A DNA stretch of 64,000 bases, taken from IMG/VR virus record IMGVR_UViG_3300045988_180880, positions 128,001 to 192,000 of that record; one strand, written 5' to 3'. The notes beneath the pieces were generated by a model. That model made no database searches, had not been told where the DNA came from, and worked only from the letters and a program-made list of their open reading frames with translations. This DNA is from a virus. A program made the position numbers and the translations under genes. Position 1 is the stretch's first letter, and the number at the start of each line of letters is the position of its first letter. Of the stretch, positions 18,582 to 27,200 are shown one piece after another.

Positions 18582-18594
18582 TTTATATTTTTTA

Positions 18595-19443
18595 TTATAT
18601 GAAATTTAATCTTTTCTGATAAATATTAAATACAAGATTTGATACATTATCTAAATATAATTTCTCTAATGACATTTGTTTAAGTTTATTATATGGAGTA
18701 CCAGATATTTTATTAGAGAATTTATATAATTGTTTTAAATTTATAGTTAATGATCTTTTTAGAAAGAATTCATTAAGTCCAATAAAATTTATAATAATAT
18801 CTATAAATTCTAATACTTTTTTATTATCTCTTATAAAATTTCCAATAATTGTTTTTGAATAGTTTATTGGAATTTCTACCATAGGTAAATTATTAGTTCT
18901 AAAATAGTTTATTATATTATTAGTTATTTTATTAAACAAGTTTATATAAGGAATTGTGTGTTCATCATTACTTCCAAATTCATAATATCTATGAATAATT
19001 ATTCCATAAACACGCTCTACATAGATATCTCTTGCTTTATCATAGATTATTTTTGCTTTATGATATTTAGAATCTATTTCTACGGCTATTCCTAAATAAG
19101 GAAAGAAATAATCTAGTAAAAAGTATCTTGTATTTCTGATACTATCATCCAATCTAACAGAGAAAGAATTTAAAATATTATTCCATAAACTTGTATTCTC
19201 AATTATTATTGGAAATTCCTCAATATAATTATAATATCCTTTAATATTGTAATTATTATCAATAAGATTTTTAAAATTAATAGAATAACTACTCTTATCG
19301 TTTAAAATTGCTTTTTCACGATTAAATACTACATCTATTAATTTATTATTGATTTTTACTTTTCTTGGAACAAAATACATTCCTATATAAGCTGTATAAA
19401 ATTTATCTCTTATTACGTAATTTCTAATCAAATTTAAATCCAT
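18595..19443 (-). CDS. PD-(D/E)XK (DUF559/Vsr-like) homing-endonuclease-like protein, paralog 1
   Basis: YFLLDYFFPYLGIAVEIDSKYHKAKIIYDKARDIYVERVYGIIIHRY parallels the 25279 and 33619 proteins (LDFY.P...lAiE.D...H....D..rd..l...G..v.r). Free-standing with its own promoter. Confidence 0.55.
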   Translation of the reverse strand: MDLNLIRNYVIRDKFYTAYIGMYFVPRKVKINNKLIDVVFNREKAILNDKSSYSINFKNLIDNNYNIKGYYNYIEEFPIIIENTSLWNNILNSFSVRLDDSIRNTRYFLLDYFFPYLGIAVEIDSKYHKAKIIYDKARDIYVERVYGIIIHRYYEFGSNDEHTIPYINLFNKITNNIINYFRTNNLPMVEIPINYSKTIIGNFIRDNKKVLEFIDIIINFIGLNEFFLKRSLTINLKQLYKFSNKISGTPYNKLKQMSLEKLYLDNVSNLVFNIYQKRLNFI

Positions 19444-19679
19444 ATTACATATTTGTTATTTATGTCAAAAGGTTAAAAAAACAAAGTAGCAAGAGTCTCT
19501 CAACCTCCTACTACCTCTACCTAATATTGCCTTAAAGCCTTGTCCGAATACTCGACCCTTATCTTTATCGACTTCTTATCTGTTAACCATATACAACAAG
19601 GTAGCTACTTAGGATCTAGAATATTAGTAAGTAGCAATCTAATATTAATAAGATTCTGCAGTTAATCTTATATCCCTAT

Positions 19680-19690
19680 CATATATAAGA
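19680..19690 (-). promoter_or_regulatory. phage promoter motif (minus strand)
   Basis: Plus strand reads catatataaga, which is TCTTATATATG on minus. The extended upstream match aaccgtctgagaaactgggaaa is almost identical to 62303-62324. It precedes a 237-nt leader to ATG 19443. Confidence 0.55.
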
Positions 19691-19748
19691 ATTTCCCAGT
19701 TTCTCAGACGGTTAAAAATAAGTTTTTGCGTTTTCTATAGAGTAAAAA

Positions 19749-19759
19749 CCTTATATATG
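19749..19759 (+). promoter_or_regulatory. phage promoter motif
   Basis: ccttatatatg; divergent from the 19680 motif; ends 98 nt before ATG 19857. Confidence 0.55.
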
Positions 19760-19856
19760 CAAGAAAAATATTAGAAAAATTTTATAAAGTAAAATTTATG
19801 AATTGATTTTAATATTTTTCTTTTTGTTTATCCATTAATTTATATTAAAATCTATT

Positions 19857-20135
19857 ATGAGCAATAAAAAAGAAATTAAGGTAGTAGTACAAATTAAAAA
19901 AAGATTTGTCAGTGTTAACTCTCTGTATAAAGCAAGAATTATGTATGTAGGAGGTAGACCAGTCCCCAGTACTTATAAAAATCCGAGAGCAGTAGAAATT
20001 GAGAGAGAAATTAGAGATCAACTCAGGGCAATCGATTTTTCTGATTATCTAGAATGGCTCCGAACCACCCCCGGATTCAAACTTCATATTCAATTTATCT
20101 TTAAGAAAAATATAACTAACTCTGATACATCCAAT
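19857..20135 (+). CDS. rusA: RusA-family Holliday junction resolvase, exon 1
   Basis: VNSLYKARIMYVGGRPVPSTYKNPRAVEIEREIRDQLR...KLHIQFIFKKNITNSDTSN follows the RusA N-terminal layout. The ORF stops right after the D-x-x-N motif, where the family continues. Confidence 0.75.
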
Positions 20136-20371
20136 TAAAAAGTAGTTGCCTAAATGATACTATGTTGTTTAGGAAAATCTTATTAAAATGCTGGAAAATT
20201 ACATCACATATATTTTCCGCCCATAATATAAAGGGAGGTTATAAAAAGTGATGGAGAATAAATCAGCAGAAATTATACTAAGATATAATTTTTCAACGAC
20301 TAAATATAAGACTAAGGGGAAGTTCCTTAGATGATATAGTCTATTTTTATATTAAATATATAGATATTCAG
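20136..20371 (+). mobile_element. group I intron (ORF-less, 236 nt) in rusA
   Basis: Classical conserved elements are present: P aaaaTGCTGgaaaa (20189-93), Q aaatCAGCAg (20260-69), R tcaacGACTAaa (20293-20304), S gataTAGTC (20333-41). P pairs with Q (P4) and R pairs with S (P7). Guide sequence AGTA-GTTG (20141-48) pairs with 3' exon TACT (P10) and 5' exon CAAT (P1). The 5' splice site follows U and the intron ends in G. Confidence 0.8.
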
Positions 20372-20974
20372 TACTATAAGAATATAGAGGATATTTGGAC
20401 CAGATTTGTTAAAGAGGATCTGGGTATTGAGAGATATGACGACAATCTTCATGTTGAGATTTCTGCAGTTAAAAGTATTATCCCTAAATCTACTTCAGAA
20501 TATGCATGTTTATACTTAACTGAATCTACTTTTAACGTAAGACTTGATCAAGAAGACAAACCTAAACGTATTTTCTTGGGAGGTACTTGTGGTGGATCGG
20601 CCTGGAGAGATGAATTAATTCCAGAACTTGATAGACTCGGATTTGAATATTTTAATCCCGTTGTACCTGATTGGACTCCTGAATGTATAGAAAAAGAAAA
20701 CATCGAAAAATCCGAACTTTGTAATACACATCTCTATATCATAACCCCGGAGATGAGTGGTGTATATAGTATAGCAGAGATGGTTAATTCAGTTTGGGAA
20801 TGTTTATCAAAGGGATCTGGTTTTGTATGGATTGGAATTCTCGAAAGTGAATCTTGGGAACCTCATCAACTCAAATCACTTCAAGCAACTCTCGATCTAA
20901 TTAACAATATCGCCGATGGAAATAGTAGAATTAGAGCAAAGCTTATAAAAGAATCTAAAGAAATATTAACGTGA
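20372..20974 (+). CDS. rusA: RusA exon 2, continuous in frame with a nucleoside 2-deoxyribosyltransferase-like domain
   Basis: After splicing: ...SDTSN|YYKNIEDIWTRFVKEDLGIERYDDNLHVEISAVKSIIPKSTSEYACLYLTE (compare E. coli DNLQKAAFDAL....WLDDAQVVDYRVVK......LELTITE). With no stop it continues RIFLGGTCGGSAWRDELIPELDRLGFEYFNPVVPDW...LYIITPEMSGVYSIAEM (Nuc_deoxyri_tr2-like). Confidence 0.7.
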   Translation, partial: YYKNIEDIWTRFVKEDLGIERYDDNLHVEISAVKSIIPKSTSEYACLYLTESTFNVRLDQEDKPKRIFLGGTCGGSAWRDELIPELDRLGFEYFNPVVPDWTPECIEKENIEKSELCNTHLYIITPEMSGVYSIAEMVNSVWECLSKGSGFVWIGILESESWEPHQLKSLQATLDLINNIADGNSRIRAKLIKESKEILT

Positions 20975-21921
20975 TGAGAGTAAAAAGAAATAATATTGTA
21001 GCAGTAAGAGTTTTTACTGGCAGAGATTTAATTGAAAAACTATACTCTGAAGGTTGGGAAGTAGAACAACGAGAATATGGATTACTTTCTGGAGTAAAAA
21101 AGTTATCAAAAGGAGCAATTAATGCTATTAGTGATTTAGGAGATAATTTAATAGTAAAGCCGATTAGTAGGTCGAAAATGGGAAAGAAAATTATCGATAA
21201 AACGCAAGATTCTATTGAAGATTCGTTAGATAAAAGAATTAAATTGGATAGAGAGATTAAGGAATTAGATAAATCCATTAAAGATCTATCTTTATCTAAT
21301 GAAGATTCAGCAAAATCTATCAAAAATAATTTAAAAAATGAAGCTGCTAAAAATAAAGCATATATACTTGAAGATAAAAGCAATACTTCAGGAAAATCTT
21401 TTGAAAATGGAACTATTGATATAAGAAATCCAGAAATAAAGAAAGCTGTTAGAAAAAAGCTTAAATTCGATGGTCGAAAAGATATGGAACATTTTAATAA
21501 TAGTAATGATTTAATTTTATTTAAAGAATCTTCAGGTAATCCAGCTTTAGCTCATGAGATTGGACATGTAATAAATAGAAATTCTAAAGGAAAGGCCGCA
21601 AAAATAGATAGAGAGGCTGAAAATATAATAGAAGAATTTCATAAACCAGCAGATTCTCCAGGAGGAAGAGATAATTCTAAAGGTCTGTGGAAATCAGTAA
21701 AAAGATTTTTCAAAGGTAAGAAAGTAGTAAATAATGAAAAGAATGCCTCTGAAAATGCTATTAAGCTATTGAAGGAATCTGGAGCAAGTGAGAATGAACT
21801 GAAACTTGCAAAAGAGAGTTTAGATAAATCCCTGGAGAGTTACAAAGAAGAACATAAAATGTATTATAAGTCTCCATTTATTAATAAACTTCAATCATTT
21901 AGGAAAAATAAGGAGAAATAA
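20971..21921 (+). CDS. putative zinc metallopeptidase (HExxH) with coiled-coil N-terminal half
   Basis: NPALAHEIGHVINRN contains HEIGH. The Lys/Glu-rich N-terminal half looks like coiled coil. Confidence 0.55.
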   Translation: MMRVKRNNIVAVRVFTGRDLIEKLYSEGWEVEQREYGLLSGVKKLSKGAINAISDLGDNLIVKPISRSKMGKKIIDKTQDSIEDSLDKRIKLDREIKELDKSIKDLSLSNEDSAKSIKNNLKNEAAKNKAYILEDKSNTSGKSFENGTIDIRNPEIKKAVRKKLKFDGRKDMEHFNNSNDLILFKESSGNPALAHEIGHVINRNSKGKAAKIDREAENIIEEFHKPADSPGGRDNSKGLWKSVKRFFKGKKVVNNEKNASENAIKLLKESGASENELKLAKESLDKSLESYKEEHKMYYKSPFINKLQSFRKNKEK

Positions 21922-21923
21922 TC

Positions 21924-22538
21924 ATGTTTGGTTGGAAAAGAAAGAAGGAAAAGGATCTAATGTATCAATCTTTGGAAGAGGAAATTAGATTCATCGGAAA
22001 AGATCTTGGAATTTATAACTATGGAGACTATAAGGTAGAAACATCTTATAAAGAAGCTACTGAGTTTGAAGATTTATTAAAGGAAGTTAGACATAAATTT
22101 TTCTATCTTGAAGAAAAATATAAAAACTATGAATTAAGTATATCACTTAGATCTTATTCATCCGCTAATCTTGTAGATTTAGATGAAATAGAGAATCGAA
22201 TTTTGAAAGATCATGAAGCAAGAGATATTTTTCTAGACTATATTGGGAGATATAAAAATAATGAGTTAAAATTAATGGATATAAATTTTAACTTACTATA
22301 TGATTTATCTATGAGATATGCTTATGATGTATTAAGGGCGTTAAACAGAATTGCAGAATCTGATTCAGATAAACTAATATTGTCAGATTGGGAAGAAAAT
22401 TTATCTCGTGTTGTAAAAAAACCTTATTATTATTCAAGTAATTATAGTGCAGAGGATCTTATGCCATATCTAGGACCTTACTTCATTGATCAAGAAGCAA
22501 GAGATTCGTTATATGAGTTTATTAGATGTAGAAGATAA
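21924..22538 (+). CDS. hypothetical protein
   Basis: 204-aa ORF preceded by aggag. Confidence 0.65.
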   Translation: MFGWKRKKEKDLMYQSLEEEIRFIGKDLGIYNYGDYKVETSYKEATEFEDLLKEVRHKFFYLEEKYKNYELSISLRSYSSANLVDLDEIENRILKDHEARDIFLDYIGRYKNNELKLMDINFNLLYDLSMRYAYDVLRALNRIAESDSDKLILSDWEENLSRVVKKPYYYSSNYSAEDLMPYLGPYFIDQEARDSLYEFIRCRR

Positions 22539-22543
22539 TAATA

Positions 22544-22933
22544 ATGAGTAATTCTAGAAATTATACAATATCTTTAGAGAAAAAATTAGGGATATTTAAT
22601 CATAAGTTATTTTATTTAAAAGATTATGTAAAAAGACTTGAAAGATTAGTAGAGAATTTAGATAATGTAACTTTTCATACTATTCCGGAAACCGGTAGGG
22701 AAGTGGATGAAGTTGTTGAAAAAATTAAAAATGAAAATCTGAATAGAGATATTATATATTCTCATATAATTAATAATGATTTTAACTTCGATCAAGAAAC
22801 TCTGAATAAGTGTGGTTATAATTTTATTAGAAGTATAGAATATTTAATCGAATTAATTAATGAAAAAGATAATTTATTTCTATGTTGTAATAGAGATAAT
22901 AAATTTTATACTAATCATTATCTTTATAGATAA
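22544..22933 (+). CDS. hypothetical protein
   Basis: 129-aa ORF. Confidence 0.6.
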   Translation: MSNSRNYTISLEKKLGIFNHKLFYLKDYVKRLERLVENLDNVTFHTIPETGREVDEVVEKIKNENLNRDIIYSHIINNDFNFDQETLNKCGYNFIRSIEYLIELINEKDNLFLCCNRDNKFYTNHYLYR

Positions 22934-23132
22934 TCTTTCAGATATTATATATAATGAGGAATATCAAAAAGCTTTAAAACTAGAAAATATAGAGCCAAAT
23001 CTAAATCAATGGACTAAATTTTTATACAGAAATTAGTATGTTTTACGTGTCCCAGAAGCTGTAAGACTCGTACTCAGTCTAGGACATGGAACAGCAGGAG
23101 ATTTTAAACCAGAAGAATAAATAAAATAGATT

Positions 23133-23732
23133 ATGACAAAAATATTATTAATACCAGCGCATCATAAAACTACTCCAGGAAAAAGAAGTCCTGATGGGAT
23201 TTTACGAGAGTATTCTTATTCTCGAGAAATTATTAGTGAGATGATAGAAAGATTGGGAGGCTTAGGATATGAAGCTATTAATCCTATACCTGAAACAGAA
23301 AAAGAATTATCTCTTAGTGAACAATGTAGAATAATTAATAAAATCTACGATGAATGTTCTGGGGATTGCTTCTGTATTTCGCCTCACTTAAATGCAGCAG
23401 GAAATGGTTCTGAATGGATGAATGCTAAAGGATGGAGTGCGTTTATTTATAGAGGAGCTGGACAGAAAACAAAAGAACTTGCTGGATGTTTAACGAAAGC
23501 GGCTGAAAAAGAAGGGATTAGAGTGCGTTATGAGTATCCTGGAGTTCCTTATTGGACTAGTGGATTTTATATTTGTAAGAACACTAAACCAAGTACAGTT
23601 TTGACAGAAAATCTCTTCCAAGATAACCGCGAAGATGTGGATTTCTTGTTATCAACCGAAGGAAAAGAAGCAATAGTTAATCTTCATGTCCAAGGAATTT
23701 TAGATTATATAAGTAAAATAAAAGAACAATGA
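23133..23732 (+). CDS. N-acetylmuramoyl-L-alanine amidase (Amidase_3-type endolysin)
   Basis: ILLIPAHHKTTPGKRSPDG, REYSYSREI, FCISPHLNAAGNG and TENLFQDNREDVDFL follow the Amidase_3 zinc-ligand layout (H...E...H...E..f..N). Confidence 0.8.
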   Translation: MTKILLIPAHHKTTPGKRSPDGILREYSYSREIISEMIERLGGLGYEAINPIPETEKELSLSEQCRIINKIYDECSGDCFCISPHLNAAGNGSEWMNAKGWSAFIYRGAGQKTKELAGCLTKAAEKEGIRVRYEYPGVPYWTSGFYICKNTKPSTVLTENLFQDNREDVDFLLSTEGKEAIVNLHVQGILDYISKIKEQ

Positions 23733-24739
23733 AATTATATAGTAAAACAGATTACATTGAGTATAAAACAAATCCACAGCCAGGAGATTACTTGGGGAAA
23801 ATCTTATCTGAATGTTTTGAAAATTTTTTAGAATCAGATAAGGAAGTTAGAGTATCAATCTTAGAAAATATACTTAAATACAAACTAACCCTAGAAGATA
23901 TGACTGAGGATTATCAAGCATGTTCAGTAGTATTATCTAAAAATTTTGATGAGATAACATATTCTTGGATAGCTGAACAGTTTGGATATACTCTCATCTC
24001 AAATCCTAGAAAAATCACAACGCCTGGAACACTTCTTGGATTTGAACTAGATATTGCTCATGGAAATTTACTGCCTGAAGAGAGTTATACTGGGGAATAC
24101 CTAAGTTGTGCCTATGAATCTTTAAGACGTAGGTTAATTATGAACTCTATAGGATGGGGTTGTACAGTGAGCAAGGAATTAGAGGATGCTAAGAAATGTA
24201 TGGAAAAGCGAATGAAAGTTTTTGAGAGATATTTTAGTGGGAATATTAAGTTTCCAGTATTTTCTCAACCTTTTATGAACTCTTCTTGGGATCCTGACTT
24301 CTATGGATTTTGTTATGGAGATGGAACTTACGGCGAATGGAACTACTCTTGGGCCGGCTTTATCGGGAGAGAATATCATGATTGGACAAGAGAAGATCAG
24401 ATTTATTTCTCATGTCTCTACGAAGCCACTGATCAATATTTGGAACATCATTTAAATATGCTCCCGACAATGATACGGCCCGAACTTTTATACTTCGCCG
24501 ATCTAAGTCTCTATTGTGGATGTTCTGGAATATGGGCATTTATGAATAGAGATATTTCTGGAGATGAAAAGAACTCCGAATTAAATAAACTTTACACCAG
24601 ATTAACAGCTCTAGGAAAAATTGAAGGAGCTGGAATGGAAGTATATAAAGAAATGGCAGAATCTTTAGGAAAACATGCTGCCAATTATTATGACCTAGAT
24701 GAGATACAGGAAATAATAGGTTATAGAATTTATTTGTAA
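23729..24739 (+). CDS. hypothetical protein
   Basis: 336-aa ORF; ATGA overlap with the amidase gene. Confidence 0.65.
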   Translation: MKLYSKTDYIEYKTNPQPGDYLGKILSECFENFLESDKEVRVSILENILKYKLTLEDMTEDYQACSVVLSKNFDEITYSWIAEQFGYTLISNPRKITTPGTLLGFELDIAHGNLLPEESYTGEYLSCAYESLRRRLIMNSIGWGCTVSKELEDAKKCMEKRMKVFERYFSGNIKFPVFSQPFMNSSWDPDFYGFCYGDGTYGEWNYSWAGFIGREYHDWTREDQIYFSCLYEATDQYLEHHLNMLPTMIRPELLYFADLSLYCGCSGIWAFMNRDISGDEKNSELNKLYTRLTALGKIEGAGMEVYKEMAESLGKHAANYYDLDEIQEIIGYRIYL

Positions 24740-24761
24740 TAATTTAAAAACGTTTTTGATT

Positions 24762-25208
24762 ATGATTAATGATGCATTATTAAGTGGATCTGCCGCAGAT
24801 GGTGGACCCCAAGCTGGTCTTCCTGTTACGGAAGTAGTTAAAAGTCTTGATATTAAGAAGGATGCTACTATTCCTCAACCTCTTCCGACTGATGAAGAGA
24901 TTAATATCAAGGAATCAGAAAGTATTAAATTTGTAGTTGGTGAGTCTCTTGAAATGAAAATCGGGGAAGTTAAGTTTTTAGAACTTCGTCAGGAGCCATT
25001 TATTTCAAATCTCCCTTATGTAACTTATGAATCTAGTAATCTTAGGGTAGCTAGATTTATTGAAGATGGAGTTATTCTTGTTTGTTGTCCTGGAACAGTT
25101 AAAGTAACTGCAACAACTAGTGAAGATGTTAATAATCCACTAGTAGCTACTCTTACAATTACAGTAGTTGATCCTAATGCTCCTAAAGCAAGAAAGGGAA
25201 AAAAGTAA
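24762..25208 (+). CDS. protein with bacterial Ig-like (Big_2-like) C-terminal domain
   Basis: GTVKVTATTSEDVNNPLVATLTITVVD resembles the Big_2 C-terminal strand pattern. I prefer ATG 24762 to TTG 24756. Confidence 0.5.
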   Translation: MINDALLSGSAADGGPQAGLPVTEVVKSLDIKKDATIPQPLPTDEEINIKESESIKFVVGESLEMKIGEVKFLELRQEPFISNLPYVTYESSNLRVARFIEDGVILVCCPGTVKVTATTSEDVNNPLVATLTITVVDPNAPKARKGKK

Positions 25209-25221
25209 AGTAGAACGTTAT

Positions 25222-25270
25222 AACCAAGCAGGAGGACTTATAAATCTTCTTGTTTGGTTTTTGATTTTTG
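25222..25270 (+). terminator. rho-independent terminator
   Basis: 13-14 bp stem aaccaagcaggagg / cttcttgtttggtt (three G.U pairs in plus sense) plus a T-run. Confidence 0.55.
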
Positions 25271-25278
25271 TAGAATAG

Positions 25279-25881
25279 ATGGCAAAAAAGAAAGAAAATA
25301 ATATAAATCACTTAGAGACATTTTACTTCTCAGATATTCCAACTCAACCTTATCCGGTGTATTCAATATCAGAATCTGGAAACTTATACTCTCTGAAAAA
25401 TATAGTATATCCAGGAAAATCAGCTAAAAAATTTACTCGTGCAAAACAATTAAAATGGAGATCTCAACAAGCTAGATTAGTAGATTTCTTAATAAACATA
25501 GATTATTTTTATCCATTAACTGTTTATAGGGAATTTCTAGTACCTATTCAAAATTCTCTTAGACTTCCTGGCATTTCTGGAGGTTTTTTCTTATTGGATT
25601 TTTATTTTTATGAATTATCCTTAGCATTAGAGTTGGATTCTGACTATCATAATCTAGACGCCGATAACCTTAGGGACGAATACTTGGAACAGCTTGGAAT
25701 AGAAGTCTTCAGAATATATAACTTAGAGAAAATTACAACACAGAAGGGTAAGTTTAAAGAATTTATAGCTCTTCTCAAATCTAAAGTTCCTGTTCAAAAT
25801 CCACGTCCCTTTGATTTCCTCGGCGACTTAAGAAAAAGAGAACAGGGAGGAGATAGTTCAGGGTTATGGAAAATCGATTAA
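25279..25881 (+). CDS. PD-(D/E)XK (DUF559/Vsr-like) homing-endonuclease-like protein, paralog 2
   Basis: FFLLDFYFYELSLALELDSDYHNLDADNLRDEYLEQLGIEVFRIY; same core as 18595 and 33619. Confidence 0.55.
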   Translation: MAKKKENNINHLETFYFSDIPTQPYPVYSISESGNLYSLKNIVYPGKSAKKFTRAKQLKWRSQQARLVDFLINIDYFYPLTVYREFLVPIQNSLRLPGISGGFFLLDFYFYELSLALELDSDYHNLDADNLRDEYLEQLGIEVFRIYNLEKITTQKGKFKEFIALLKSKVPVQNPRPFDFLGDLRKREQGGDSSGLWKID

Positions 25882-25904
25882 ACGCTTCCTAGTACCCTCG
25901 AGAA

Positions 25905-25915
25905 TCTTATTATTG
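25905..25915 (+). promoter_or_regulatory. variant promoter motif
   Basis: tcttattattg (ATTG instead of AATG); ends 43 nt before ATG 25958. Confidence 0.35.
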
Positions 25916-25957
25916 ATAGTATATAATAAAATAGAAACTTTATTAAATTAACAGATC

Positions 25958-26539
25958 ATGAAAATTCAAAGAGGAGTAAACCCAGAAAGTAGAATGATAC
26001 AAATTACAGTTACTACACCATTATTAGCTGAATATTATAACAATTTTAGTGGTATGATTCGGAATAATAGTAGTAGTATTTCTGAGGGGGTTAATGTTGA
26101 AAGAGTAAACACCGATTCAGCTATGGTATCTTTTCCACTTCCATCAGATTCTCAAATGATAAATCATGGAGATAAAGCATTAGTTTCTATGCCTCCAGAG
26201 GTTGTAGATAAATTAAATGATGTAATAAATAAGTTTGTTAATTGTGGACTTCGGAAAACATTAAAAACAGTAGAATTCCTTCCACTTAACAACTATGAAT
26301 TATCAGGACTTCAGGAAGATATTAAATCTGCAATAGAGAATAAACGAAACTTTTGCATTCTCAGAGATTATAAAGAGTATCAAAAAATGTCGGAGGAGAG
26401 AAAGTATCAATTTACCCAAAAACTAATCAAATACGGTACCTCAGAATATGCAGATGTAGCTCTTCTAATTAATTCTGGAAAAATGGATGAACTTAGAAGA
26501 TGGTTAGATCCGCAGTTGAGTTATTGTGAATGGATTTAA
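25958..26539 (+). CDS. hypothetical protein
   Basis: 193-aa ORF. Confidence 0.65.
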   Translation: MKIQRGVNPESRMIQITVTTPLLAEYYNNFSGMIRNNSSSISEGVNVERVNTDSAMVSFPLPSDSQMINHGDKALVSMPPEVVDKLNDVINKFVNCGLRKTLKTVEFLPLNNYELSGLQEDIKSAIENKRNFCILRDYKEYQKMSEERKYQFTQKLIKYGTSEYADVALLINSGKMDELRRWLDPQLSYCEWI

Positions 26540-26618
26540 ATGATTATTAACTCTATAGTGTTTCCTCCAGGTTTTATATCAGAGGAACACTTTTTTATTT
26601 AATGATTTATTATAATAT

Positions 26619-27194
26619 ATGGAACAAATTAGTAATAATGTAATGGTACTGAATGTAGGAGATCAGATTCCTCCAGGTACCGAGGATGCACTAAAAATAC
26701 TATTGTTAGGTAGTATTGACTTAGGTCCTACAGGCGAGATGAATTGGCAGTCCAAATTTGTAGCTGGATTAGCTAATGCAGTAGATCCACAAAAAGGATT
26801 AATGAATCTATTTACAAAATATAATTACATAATTCTTAATAACTGGTATTCCCCACAAAACAAAGAAGCTAGTATTTTTAATCAAGAAATGGCTAATAAG
26901 TTTCAGTGGGAAAGAATGGCAATGGCTGCTGCAGACTGCATCTTTATAAACTTCTTGGGGAGATCTCAGAGTCCTATTCCTCTTTATCAGTTGGGATATT
27001 TAAATAATTCATCTAAACTTATCGTAAGATGTCCAGAGAATTATAAATACTATTCTTTAGTTAGAATGGCTTGTGATGCTAGTTCAGTTCCTCTAGTTGG
27101 TAGTAAGATGGGAACTGTAAATCAAATTCTTAGTCTTATGTTTAGTTTTATCCCTAAATTTCAAGAAGTAGGAAAAAATACATTACCAGAATAA
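26619..27194 (+). CDS. second nucleoside 2-deoxyribosyltransferase-like protein
   Basis: KILLLGSIDLGPTGEMNWQSKFVAGL...ILNNWYSP...AAADCIFINFLGRSQSPIPLYQLGY resembles the Nuc_deoxyri_tr2 pattern (ki.l.Gs....W......L....i.nP....d......sp.s..ElG). Weak by-eye match. Confidence 0.4.
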   Translation: MEQISNNVMVLNVGDQIPPGTEDALKILLLGSIDLGPTGEMNWQSKFVAGLANAVDPQKGLMNLFTKYNYIILNNWYSPQNKEASIFNQEMANKFQWERMAMAAADCIFINFLGRSQSPIPLYQLGYLNNSSKLIVRCPENYKYYSLVRMACDASSVPLVGSKMGTVNQILSLMFSFIPKFQEVGKNTLPE

Positions 27195-27200
27195 AAAAAA

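Noticed and set aside
20576-20578. TTG at 20576 as an independent start of the deoxyribosyltransferase-like ORF
   Set aside because: The frame is open and RusA-homologous for 204 nt upstream (from the 3' splice site at 20372), so continuity with rusA exon 2 is the simpler reading. Internal initiation cannot be excluded.
20955-21383. 142-aa minus-strand ORF
   Set aside because: It is antisense inside the HExxH protein gene, with Ser/Leu/Phe-rich low complexity mirroring the Lys/Glu-rich sense strand.
15872-23036. Stop-codon reassignment (in-frame TAA at 15872-74, in-frame TAG at 23034-36 followed by coding-looking sequence)
   Set aside because: TAA, TAG and TGA all terminate long, well-tiled ORFs throughout the window (TAG ends 1254-2198, TGA ends 271-1257). 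More than 95% of the sequence is explained by standard-code ORFs, so two isolated cases do not support recoding.
24179-24379. 66-aa minus-strand ORF
   Set aside because: It is antisense inside 23729-24739.
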